Shown: one piece after another, positions 15,751 to 23,512 of the stretch | How the letters are laid out: each line of letters opens with the position of its first letter | How positions within the stretch are numbered: position 1 is the first letter of the stretch | Assembly (NCBI RefSeq): GCF_008065095.1 | Contig: NZ_CP042911.1 | Coordinates: 270,001 to 302,000 of the forward strand | Direction of reading: 5' to 3' | Length of the DNA: 32,000 nucleotides | Source: Gemmata obscuriglobus | Lineage (GTDB): Bacteria > Planctomycetota > Planctomycetia > Gemmatales > Gemmataceae | Notes under the pieces: generated by a model | Databases searched by the model: none | The model's input: only the letters and a program-made list of their open reading frames with translations | What the model was told of the DNA's origin: nothing | Program-made: the position numbers and the translations under genes

Positions 15751-17250
15751 CAGGCCATTCACGGTGCCGTCCGTAATTGTAAGGTGTTTCCAGGGAACGA
15801 TTAGTGTGCTCTACGGACGGACGGGCTCATGATTCTTGGCGCCGTGTTCGAGCGATTCATGAACGAGAGCCCATTAAGCGTCATGTCCCGTGCCACGATC
15901 GAACACGCGCTGTCGGCTTCGGCTCTGGATGCGTTGTTCGCACGGGTGGCGGAGCGCGGGTACACTCGGGAGCTGTTGTTCTCCACGGTGGTGGAGCTGA
16001 TGAGCGCGGTGGTGTGCGGTAAGGCGCACCATGTGCAATCGGCGTATCAGCAGATGGCGGACCGGATCCCGGTGTCCCTGAAGTCGGTGTACGAGAAGCT
16101 GCAACATCTTGAGCCGGCGGTGTCGGCCGCGTTGGTGCGGCACGTGGCGGATCGGTGCCACGAGCTGATCCAGCAGTTGGGTGGGGAGCGCTCGCCGGTG
16201 CTGTCCGGCCGGGCCGTTCGGGTTCTGGACGGGAATCACTTGGGGGCCACCCAGAAGCGGCTCCGGGTGACCCGCGGGCGCACCGCCGGACCGCTCCCGG
16301 GGCTGGTCCTTGCGGTTCTGGATCCGGCCCAGATGCGGATCACGGACCTGATCCCATGCGAGGACGGTCACACCCAGGAGCGGGCTCTTTTGGATCAGGT
16401 GGTGCCGCTGGTGCAACCGGACCAGGTGTGGGTCGCGGATCGGAACTTCTGCACCGCCGAGTTCGTGTCCCGGATCGATCAGCGGGGCGCGTTCTTCGCG
16501 ATCCGCCGACACGGGAACACCACACTCGACCCGGCCGGGGAATGGACCCCGGACGTGCGCACCGCGACCGGGTGGGTGAGCGAGCGACCGGTGTGGGTGT
16601 GCGTGGGCGGTGAGCCGGTGCTGCGGGTACGGTGCGTGCGCGTGCGGTTGGATCATCCGACCGGAGACGGGGACGCGGAGATCGAGATCCTGACCAACCT
16701 GCCGGAGGACGAGGCGGACGCGGTGGTGGTGGCCGTCGTGTATCGGGGGCGGTGGGCCATCGAAGGCGCGTTCCACGAGCTGACCGTGGCGCTGCGGTGC
16801 GAGGTGAACACGCTCGGGTATCCGAAGGCGGCCCTGTTCGGGTTCGCGGTGGCGGTGGTGGGGTACAACGTGCTCGCGGTGCTCAAGGCCGCAATGCGAG
16901 CGGTACACGGAGCGGACACGGTGCAGAAGGATGTATCCGGGTACTACGTGGCCTTGGAATGGGCCACCGTGTACCCGGGCATGATGATCGCCCTCCCTCC
17001 GGCCGAGTGGGTCGTGTTCGGTACCCTCTCGGCCGACCAACTGGCCCCGCAGCTTCGGGACTGGGCCGCGAAGATCAACCTGAAGAAGGTCCAGAAGGCA
17101 CCGCCTCGTAAACCGACGAAACAGAAGCCCCCGCGCATCAACGACAATAGCCCGCATGTCTCGACCGCCCGGTTACTCGAAGACGAACGGAAGAGCAGCC
17201 GGACAAAAATTAAGGCACGTAAACAAGAGTAGCCCACCGTGAATGGCCTG
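15751..17250 (+). mobile_element. IS4-family insertion sequence, 1500 bp, intact
   Basis: Perfect 16-bp TIRs: CAGGCCATTCACGGTG (15751-15766) and CACCGTGAATGGCCTG (17235-17250). It is flanked by the direct repeat GGTGTGCCCGAC (15739-15750 and 17251-17262) and holds a single transposase ORF. Confidence 0.9.
15829..17232 (+). CDS. IS4-family DDE transposase
   Basis: DDE candidates VLDGNH, WVADRNF and the Y-x2-R-x3-E signature YRGRWAIEGAFHELT. The stop lies 2 nt before the right TIR. Confidence 0.9.
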   Translation: MILGAVFERFMNESPLSVMSRATIEHALSASALDALFARVAERGYTRELLFSTVVELMSAVVCGKAHHVQSAYQQMADRIPVSLKSVYEKLQHLEPAVSAALVRHVADRCHELIQQLGGERSPVLSGRAVRVLDGNHLGATQKRLRVTRGRTAGPLPGLVLAVLDPAQMRITDLIPCEDGHTQERALLDQVVPLVQPDQVWVADRNFCTAEFVSRIDQRGAFFAIRRHGNTTLDPAGEWTPDVRTATGWVSERPVWVCVGGEPVLRVRCVRVRLDHPTGDGDAEIEILTNLPEDEADAVVVAVVYRGRWAIEGAFHELTVALRCEVNTLGYPKAALFGFAVAVVGYNVLAVLKAAMRAVHGADTVQKDVSGYYVALEWATVYPGMMIALPPAEWVVFGTLSADQLAPQLRDWAAKINLKKVQKAPPRKPTKQKPPRINDNSPHVSTARLLEDERKSSRTKIKARKQE

Positions 17251-17356
17251 GGTGTGCCCGACTGGCGGTTCCGACCGGTTGATTGACCCGTCGGTGCTAC
17301 AAGAACCGGGGGCTACGTGAGCACCCGCACGAGCGCGTGATTTGGAAGTGAGCTGT

Positions 17357-17413
17357 GGAAAACGCTCATCCGGATGAGTTGCCAGCCTCCCGAACTGGCA
17401 ACCCACCCGGATG
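17357..17413 (-). terminator. rho-independent terminator (minus strand), orphan
   Basis: 19-bp stem (17413-17395 / 17385-17367), 9-nt loop, then AGCGTTTTCC. Both non-Watson-Crick positions are G-U on the minus-strand RNA but A-C on the plus-strand RNA. Confidence 0.55.
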
Positions 17414-17540
17414 GGTTCAGCGGTGTGTCTGTCCGCCCGAGTTCGCTCGCGCCGCCTCTCCCCTCAACGCGATTCGTCGGTCGGTGATCACACCGCTGCG
17501 CTGACAGGGGAACTCGTCGTGTAAGACGACCTGTCGCGAT
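17358..17540 (-). ncRNA. candidate ~180-nt small RNA defined by a promoter-terminator pair
   Basis: Bounded by the TTGACT-16-CATAAT promoter and the terminator above. It contains no ORF with a start plus Shine-Dalgarno. A 5' stem-loop is possible (gacagg...cctgtc). Confidence 0.3.
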
Positions 17541-17546
17541 GAGGAT

Positions 17547-17574
17547 ATTATGGGTTGCGAACGTAAGGAGTCAA
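17547..17574 (-). promoter_or_regulatory. near-consensus sigma70-type promoter in AT-rich intergenic patch
   Basis: Minus strand: TTGACT (17574-17569), 16-nt spacer, CATAAT (17552-17547). Confidence 0.45.
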
Positions 17575-17823
17575 TGCTTAATTACTACTAACAAAATTCA
17601 CAATATTCACTTTGTCACCTCACGCGACGGTTCGCGTCTTTTCAGCGCGATTGTAGATCACCCCAATCGCTGTCTCGAACTCGGATGGTAAGTGGTGCCG
17701 AGTCGCACCCCGATGTGACTGGATGAAGTACCGAGAGGCAGGTAAGGCGGAAGCCTTTGATACAACCCGAGGGGCACGCGCCATTTCTTGGTGATACGCG
17801 TGGGTTCCGGCGCAGGTCGGCGT

Positions 17824-18483
17824 TCACTCGTCTTCGATCGTCAGGCCGCACCACGAGTTTTCCAGCTCGTCGAGCGTAACCCAAAACTCACCCGGCCCGT
17901 ACCCGTCGCGCTGGCGCTCTGCGGGGATGCCGTCGTTGTTGCCGTATGGGTTCCGGACCCGCGCCGTCCCGACGGAAGGTTCGTATTCCAGTAGCCCGAA
18001 GCAGTGCTGCGGCGGAACCCAGTTCAACTTCGGCGTCGTCCACTTTCCGTCCGACCCGCCCAGCACCATCAGCCGCCGCTGCGCGGTCGCGTTCTCCAAC
18101 TGGCGCCGCAGCCAGCGCCGCTTCGAGGTGATGTAGAGCGGGGCGAAGCCGGCTCCCAGGGCGTTCGTGTAGCCCGCGCGGTTGTGGCCCGTCAGCAGCC
18201 CGATGCCGAGGCCGTAAGACAGCATCCGCGGCGTCCGGGCGTCGCCCAGCTCCGCGTGCGCGGCGGCCTCCAGCGCCGCCGCGTACGGCGCGTCGTCCGC
18301 GCGGTCCGGCGTGACCGCGTGCGGCTCGCGGCCCGGGAACGTCACCACGAACGTTCGGGCCGGACCTTCTTGCAGCATACTGGTGAGCGCTTCGGGGCGC
18401 TGGAACGCCAGCCCGTCGAGGGCCGCGCGGAACCAGCAGTTGTTCCACGCGCCCTGGCGATGTGTGCGGTGGTCGATGCGCAT
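17824..18483 (-). CDS. calpain-like (peptidase C2 family) cysteine protease, minimal core, cytoplasmic
   Basis: QGAWNNCWFRAAL (Gln plus catalytic Cys; compare calpain QGxxGDCW), PQHCFGLLEY (His), VRNPYGNNDG (Asn; compare RNPWG), GEFWVTLDEL (compare GEFWMS). It starts 30 nt after the upstream gene's stop. Confidence 0.75.
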   Translation of the reverse strand: MRIDHRTHRQGAWNNCWFRAALDGLAFQRPEALTSMLQEGPARTFVVTFPGREPHAVTPDRADDAPYAAALEAAAHAELGDARTPRMLSYGLGIGLLTGHNRAGYTNALGAGFAPLYITSKRRWLRRQLENATAQRRLMVLGGSDGKWTTPKLNWVPPQHCFGLLEYEPSVGTARVRNPYGNNDGIPAERQRDGYGPGEFWVTLDELENSWCGLTIEDE

Positions 18484-18513
18484 CGCGCCACCAACAGTAG
18501 GAGGCGGAAGGGC

Positions 18514-20259
18514 TCACACCCGGAGCTTGATCTCTTCGAACGCGCTGGCGGACGGGGAGGCGCCGTCGCCCTCGATCACGGCGCGGACCACCTGGTCCTG
18601 GCGGAACGGCTTGAACAGCACGTGCCGCATCCCGTCGGCCCGGGCCTTCACGATGGAGTGCGCCACGTCGTACCCGAAGCCGGTGGTGAGCGCGATCGTC
18701 GCCCCGGGGGACGCGGCCTTCAGGCGGCGGTAGCACTCGTACCCGCCCAGGTCCGGCGGCTTCACCTCCTGGAAGATCGCGTCGTACCGCCCGTCCGCCG
18801 CCAGCGCGACCCCGTCGGCGCCGGTCGCGGCCGTCTCCACGGTCGCGCCGAGCCGCCCGAGCATCAGGTGCGCCGCCCGCCGGATCCGCTCGTCCGACTC
18901 CACCACCAGCACCCGCTTGCCGAGCAGCGGCTGGCTCCCCGGGGCCGGCGCGTCGGTCATGTCGCGGCCCACCTGCGCGATGCTGTCCTTCACCCGCCGC
19001 GCCGCGGTCAGGATGCGCCGCAGCCGGTCCGCGTCTTCGGGGGCGCCCCCGGCCCGCTCCAGCAGGACGCTCGCCCCGGTCAGGATCTCGTCGAGCGGCA
19101 GCGCGACCTCCTTGTTCACCGACTCGATCGACTGCCCGGCGGTGCAGAACTGCTGCGCGCTGAGCAGGTCCAGCGTGTGCAGCGCCGCCGCCACCTCCTT
19201 GCTGAACAGCTCCGTGAACTGGAGGTCGTCGGGGCCGAACCCGTCCGCCCGCGGGCTCTCGACGTTCAGCGTGCCGATCACCTCGTCCTGGAACTTCAGG
19301 GGGATGGTCATCGAGCTGCGGGCGCCGGCGGCGCCGGCGATGTAGTGCGGGTCGTGGGCCGTGTCGCGGCACAGGTAGCTGACCCCGGTGGCCGCGACGA
19401 ACCCGGTCACCCCGTTGTCGGTGCGCCGCGCGTACAGCACCCGCTGCGCCGCCTCCGGCAGCATCCCGTCTTCCAGCAGGGGCTTCAGCTCGCCCGTCGA
19501 GCGGTCGAGCAGTCGCACCTCGATCGTGTCGTAGTGGAGCAGGTCGCGGATGGTGCGCCGCAGGTTCGCCTTGAGCAGCTCGACCCGGGCCTCGACGTTC
19601 ATCTCGGTGAGCTGGTCGGCGTCGAGCCCGGCGAGCTCGCGGCCGGCCGTGTGGAGCGCGTCGAGCTTCTGCTGCTGGGCCACCATCGCGGTCACGTCGC
19701 GGACCACCGCGGTCAGCCCGGACACCCCGCCGTCGGGGCCGAACACCGGGCGGACGTCGATCTCCAGGAACGGCTGGTCGGCGCGGTCGGGCCGGTGGAC
19801 CCGGAGGGCCGTGGCGGCCCCGCGGCGGGCCGGGCTGAGCGGGTCGGCCAGGTCGTCGGGTGCGCCCGGGGGGACGACCCGCGAGCCGACCGGGCTCTCG
19901 AGGTTCTCGATCGACACGCGGTCGCTGCCCAGCGAGTCGAGCAGCGGGCGGCCGACCGGCTCGACCGCGGCGGCGGCCCGGAACACCGGGTTGGCCCACT
20001 GCACCACGCCCAGCGGGTCGAGGATCGCGAGCCCCCGCTCGATGTGGCTGATGATGAGCTCGTCGCGGCGCACCCGGTCGATCAGCCCCGCGACCACGTC
20101 CGGCGCGGCGACGACGGCCGCGTACCCGCCGGCGCGGAGCCGCCGGGCGACCTCGCCGGCGTCGGGCGACACCGGGTCGACGTCGGCGGTCGCCGCGAGC
20201 GCGCCATCGAGTGGCCCGGCGGACGGGCCGATCAGCAACAGGCGGGGGCGCTCGGTCAC
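18514..20259 (-). CDS. PAS/GAF signalling protein with H-box-like helix lacking His and C-terminal receiver with Glu at the phospho-acceptor position
   Basis: GAF-like block (GVTGFVAATGVSYLCRDTAHDPHY...IGTLNVES) and PAS-like block (GLAILDPLGVVQWANPVF). Receiver segment: KRVLVVESDE...DAIFQEVKPPDLGG...ALTTG...FKPF. I prefer the GTG at 20259, which follows GGAGG, over the listed start at 20397. Confidence 0.8.
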   Translation of the reverse strand: MTERPRLLLIGPSAGPLDGALAATADVDPVSPDAGEVARRLRAGGYAAVVAAPDVVAGLIDRVRRDELIISHIERGLAILDPLGVVQWANPVFRAAAAVEPVGRPLLDSLGSDRVSIENLESPVGSRVVPPGAPDDLADPLSPARRGAATALRVHRPDRADQPFLEIDVRPVFGPDGGVSGLTAVVRDVTAMVAQQQKLDALHTAGRELAGLDADQLTEMNVEARVELLKANLRRTIRDLLHYDTIEVRLLDRSTGELKPLLEDGMLPEAAQRVLYARRTDNGVTGFVAATGVSYLCRDTAHDPHYIAGAAGARSSMTIPLKFQDEVIGTLNVESPRADGFGPDDLQFTELFSKEVAAALHTLDLLSAQQFCTAGQSIESVNKEVALPLDEILTGASVLLERAGGAPEDADRLRRILTAARRVKDSIAQVGRDMTDAPAPGSQPLLGKRVLVVESDERIRRAAHLMLGRLGATVETAATGADGVALAADGRYDAIFQEVKPPDLGGYECYRRLKAASPGATIALTTGFGYDVAHSIVKARADGMRHVLFKPFRQDQVVRAVIEGDGASPSASAFEEIKLRV

Positions 20260-20290
20260 AACACCTCCGGGAGCGGGCGGGTGGTGTCGA

Positions 20291-20320
20291 ATTATAGCGA
20301 CCGGCGGCGCGCACCCACAA
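20291..20320 (-). promoter_or_regulatory. candidate promoter for the PAS/GAF-calpain operon
   Basis: Minus strand: TTGTGG (20320-20315), 18 nt, perfect TATAAT (20296-20291). This is about 30 nt upstream of the GTG at 20259. Confidence 0.35.
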
Positions 20321-20429
20321 GCAGACACGTCCGAGTTCGTCGCGCCGGCGGGCGGGCGGCCCGGATTTCGCGCCCGGCGCGGATTTCCCCGCGCCAAACG
20401 TCATACCCGGTTACCCTTCCCGCGTCCGG

Positions 20430-20435
20430 TAGAAT
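20430..20435 (+). promoter_or_regulatory. candidate -10 box for the ECF sigma gene
   Basis: TAGAAT lies 23 nt upstream of the ATG at 20459, with GAGGTG between them. No convincing -35 element. Confidence 0.3.
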
Positions 20436-20458
20436 AGACTTACCGCGAGGTGAACCCA

Positions 20459-21043
20459 ATGTCGGTCACGTCGGCCACACTCCTGGAACGGCTCCGCGAC
20501 CCGCGCGACGCGGACGCGTGGGGCCGGCTCGTCGACTTGTACGCCCCCCTCATACGGGTGTGGGCCGAGCGGCTCAACGTGCACGGGGCCGACGCCGACG
20601 ACCTGGTCCAGGAGGTCATGGCGGTGGTGGTGCGGCGGTTCCCGGAGTTCGTTCACCCGGAGAAGCCGGGGGCGTTCCGGGGCTGGCTCCGGGCGATCGC
20701 GGCGAACTGCGCCCGCTCGATGTGGAAGGCACGCCGGGTGCGCCCCACCGTCCCGGGCGGGTCGGACTTCGGGAGCTACCTGAACCGGCTCGAGGACCCG
20801 ACCGACGACTTCGCCCGCGCGTGGGAGCGGGAGCACGACCTGTTCGTGACGCGCAAGCTGCTCGACCGCATCCGCCCGGACTTCGAGACCCGCACCTGGG
20901 AGCTGTTCGGGCGGTTCGTGCTGGACGGGGTGCCCGCCGAGGAGGTGGCCGCCGAGGCCGGGGTGACCGCGAACGCGGTGTACATTGCCAAGTCGCGCGT
21001 CCTGGCCCGGCTCCGGCAGGAGGCGGGCGGGCTCCTCGGGTGA
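20459..21043 (+). CDS. ECF-type RNA polymerase sigma factor
   Basis: Region 2 (DADDLVQEVMAVVVRRFPEF...FRGWLRAIAAN) and region 4 (GVPAEEVAAEAGVTANAVYIAKSRVLARLR). I prefer the ATG at 20459; the listed GTG at 20450 lies inside the Shine-Dalgarno-like GAGGTG. Confidence 0.85.
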   Translation: MSVTSATLLERLRDPRDADAWGRLVDLYAPLIRVWAERLNVHGADADDLVQEVMAVVVRRFPEFVHPEKPGAFRGWLRAIAANCARSMWKARRVRPTVPGGSDFGSYLNRLEDPTDDFARAWEREHDLFVTRKLLDRIRPDFETRTWELFGRFVLDGVPAEEVAAEAGVTANAVYIAKSRVLARLRQEAGGLLG

Positions 21044-21280
21044 GTTCGGGGCCGCCCGCAGCATTTCGCGTTTAACCAGAAGGGCCGTTCGCGCCCCGCA
21101 CGAACGGTACAAAATTCGCCGATTATCCGCCGAGCGACGGCCCGAAACGCTGACAGGTGGTCCGGATCACGTGCCATCTTTTGATCGAACGTCGAGCGCC
21201 CAACCGTTCGAGGTTCCCGGGCCGAGCGCCGCCGGCGCCCGGGACCGCCAACGCGCCCCTGATCGATGAGGTTCGAGCTG

Positions 21281-23452
21281 ATGCCCCACCGCTGCCCCAC
21301 AACGGAAACGCTGGCTGCGTTCGTCCGGGGGGACCTGCCGCCCGACGAACTGGGCGCGGTCGCCGACCACGTGGACGGGTGCGCGGCGTGCGGCCGGGCG
21401 CTACAGTTCGTACCGGAAGACTCGCTCGCGGGCCTAGCCCGCGCCGCCGTCGCCGCGGACACGGTGCCCCGGTCGGCGGGCGGCGCGACGGCCATCGCCC
21501 CGGGCGCGCCGGCGAGCGCCCCCGAGGGGTTCGCGGACCACCCGCGGTACCGGATCGTCGGCCGGCTCGGGGCCGGCGGCATGGGCACCGTGTACAAGGC
21601 CGAAGACCTGTGGATGGGGCGGGTCATCGCGCTCAAGATCGTGTCGCCCCACCTCACCGCCAAGGCGTCGGCGATCGAGCGGTTCCGGAAGGAGATCCGG
21701 GTCGCCGCCCAGCTCAACGACCCGCGCATGGTCATCGCCCACGACACCGGCGAGGCCGGCGGGTGCCAGTTCCTCGTGATGGAGTACGTGGACGGGTTCA
21801 GCCTGGACCGGCTGGTCGCCAGGAAGGGGCCGCTCCCGGTCCACACCGCGTGCGCGCTCACCCGGTCCGCGGCCCTCGGGCTCCAGCACGCGGCCGAGAA
21901 GGGGATGGTCCACCGGGACATCAAGCCCCAGAACCTGATGGTCACGCGCAAGGGGCAGCTTAAAATCCTGGACTTCGGGCTGGCGCGGTTCGCGCACTCG
22001 GAGGCCGACGAGGGCGGGGCGGGCGGGCGGCTGCCGTTCGGGGCCGGCAAGGCGCTGGGCGGCGAGGGGCTGACGAACCCGCACATGCTGATGGGCACCC
22101 CGGACTACCTGTCGCCCGAGCAGGCCAAGAACTCGCACGACGTGGACCACCGCAGCGACATCTACTCGCTCGGCTGCACGCTGTACTTCCTGCTCACCGG
22201 GGTCCCCCCGTTCGGAGGCGCCGAGGCGCTACTGGACAAGCTCCTGGCTCACACCCACGAGGCGCCCCCGTCGCCGTGCGACGTGCGGCCCGAGGTGCCC
22301 GCCGGGCTCGACTCGATCCTGAACCGGATGATGGCGAAGCGCCCCGAGGAGCGGTACCAGACGGCCGCCGAGGTGGCCGCCGCGCTGCTCCCGTTCACCC
22401 GGGCCGACGTGGCCCGCGAGCCCGTCTTCGAGGTGGTCGATGCGGTCGTGGTGGCGCCCGCGCGGGCCGCGAGCATCGCCCTCTCGGGGCCGCTGTCCGA
22501 CACGACCCCGGCCGCGCAGCAGCGGACCCTGATCGACACCCCGGCCCGCCCGCGGCGGCCGCGCAAGAAGAAGCCGACGTGGTGGAAGCGGCGCAAGGGC
22601 ACCGTGGTCACCGGCACGCTGGCGGCCGTGCTGCTGCTCGTCGGCGGCGCGGTTGCCAACACGGTCCGGAAGAAGCTGGCGGACCCGGCGCCCGACACGA
22701 CCGCTGCGCTGAAACCGGCCGCAGGCGACGCGCCGCCCCGGGCGGCCGATGCGCAGCCCCGGCCCGATGTCCGGAACGAAAAAACAGACAAAATCGACCA
22801 GGGCGAAAAGCCCGACAAGCCCAGGGACGAGAAACCGCCGGCTCCCCCGACGCCGGTTCCGCCGCTGGTGATCGCTCCGCAAAAGAGGCCGCAGGTCCTG
22901 TACGTGCTCCCGAGCGACGGGGTCAGCCTGAAGGAGTTCGGTGAGGTGCGGGACCACCTCGTGAAGAACGGCGTCACGGTCGTGACCGCGTCGTTCTCGG
23001 GCGATCTGGCCCGGCCGGGGCGGCGGCCGGCCGCGCCGCCTCTTCCCCCCGTTCCCGTCGACAAGGCGCTCCGGGCGGAAATGGACCTCTCCGACTTCGC
23101 CGCGGTGCTCTTCTGTGGCGACCGGGTGGATGAGTACGTGCCCGGCGGGCGCGGCGCGCAAGCGGCGGGCGCGGTGATTCAGCGGATGCAGGCGACCGGT
23201 AAACCGGTGGGCGCCATCGCCTCGGGGCTGGCGGTACTCGCCACGCACGGGACGCTCAAAGGTAAACGTGCGGCGCACAGTTGGCCCCTCGTGAGCACTT
23301 ACCCCAACGGACACTGGGACAAGTTGAACATTAACTGGGAACGAGGAGAGAAGGGGCGGGTGGTGGTGGACGACAAGATCGTGACCGCCGGCGGGCCGCG
23401 CGAGGCCGCCGAGTTCGCCGACGCCGTGCTCAAGCTGATCGGCGAGAAGTAA
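21281..23452 (+). CDS. Ser/Thr protein kinase with N-terminal HxxxCxxC (ZAS-like) motif, one TM segment and C-terminal DJ-1/PfpI-like domain
   Basis: ADHVDGCAACG. Kinase motifs GAGGMGTVYKA, HRDIKPQNLMV, DFGLAR, SPEQ. TM segment TGTLAAVLLLVGGAV. DJ-1-like QVLYVLPSDGV...DFAAVLFCGD...KPVGAIASGLAVLA...VVVDDKIVTAGGP. The ATG at 21281 follows GAGG; an alternative ATG is at 21266. Confidence 0.88.
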   Translation: MPHRCPTTETLAAFVRGDLPPDELGAVADHVDGCAACGRALQFVPEDSLAGLARAAVAADTVPRSAGGATAIAPGAPASAPEGFADHPRYRIVGRLGAGGMGTVYKAEDLWMGRVIALKIVSPHLTAKASAIERFRKEIRVAAQLNDPRMVIAHDTGEAGGCQFLVMEYVDGFSLDRLVARKGPLPVHTACALTRSAALGLQHAAEKGMVHRDIKPQNLMVTRKGQLKILDFGLARFAHSEADEGGAGGRLPFGAGKALGGEGLTNPHMLMGTPDYLSPEQAKNSHDVDHRSDIYSLGCTLYFLLTGVPPFGGAEALLDKLLAHTHEAPPSPCDVRPEVPAGLDSILNRMMAKRPEERYQTAAEVAAALLPFTRADVAREPVFEVVDAVVVAPARAASIALSGPLSDTTPAAQQRTLIDTPARPRRPRKKKPTWWKRRKGTVVTGTLAAVLLLVGGAVANTVRKKLADPAPDTTAALKPAAGDAPPRAADAQPRPDVRNEKTDKIDQGEKPDKPRDEKPPAPPTPVPPLVIAPQKRPQVLYVLPSDGVSLKEFGEVRDHLVKNGVTVVTASFSGDLARPGRRPAAPPLPPVPVDKALRAEMDLSDFAAVLFCGDRVDEYVPGGRGAQAAGAVIQRMQATGKPVGAIASGLAVLATHGTLKGKRAAHSWPLVSTYPNGHWDKLNINWERGEKGRVVVDDKIVTAGGPREAAEFADAVLKLIGEK

Positions 23453-23512
23453 AGCGGCCCAGGGACATGTTTGCGCGCTGGGCTGCGCGAGTGCTTGTTT
23501 CGCTGTAAGCGT

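Noticed and set aside
17565-17591. AAGGAG followed by a 5-codon mini-ORF (ATG CTT AAT TAC TAC TAA) on the plus strand
   Set aside because: The Shine-Dalgarno-to-ATG spacing is only 3 nt. No gene follows on the plus strand for it to regulate. The sequence coincides with the -35 region of the minus-strand promoter candidate. It is probably chance in AT-rich DNA.
17888-21075. 838-aa minus-strand ORF (17888-20404) and 1023-aa plus-strand ORF (18004-21075) covering the calpain, PAS/GAF and ECF genes
   Set aside because: Their composition is extremely Arg/Gly/Pro/Ala-rich. They overlap three genes with good motifs and Shine-Dalgarno sites, and they cross the divergent intergenic region. They are GC-driven artefacts.
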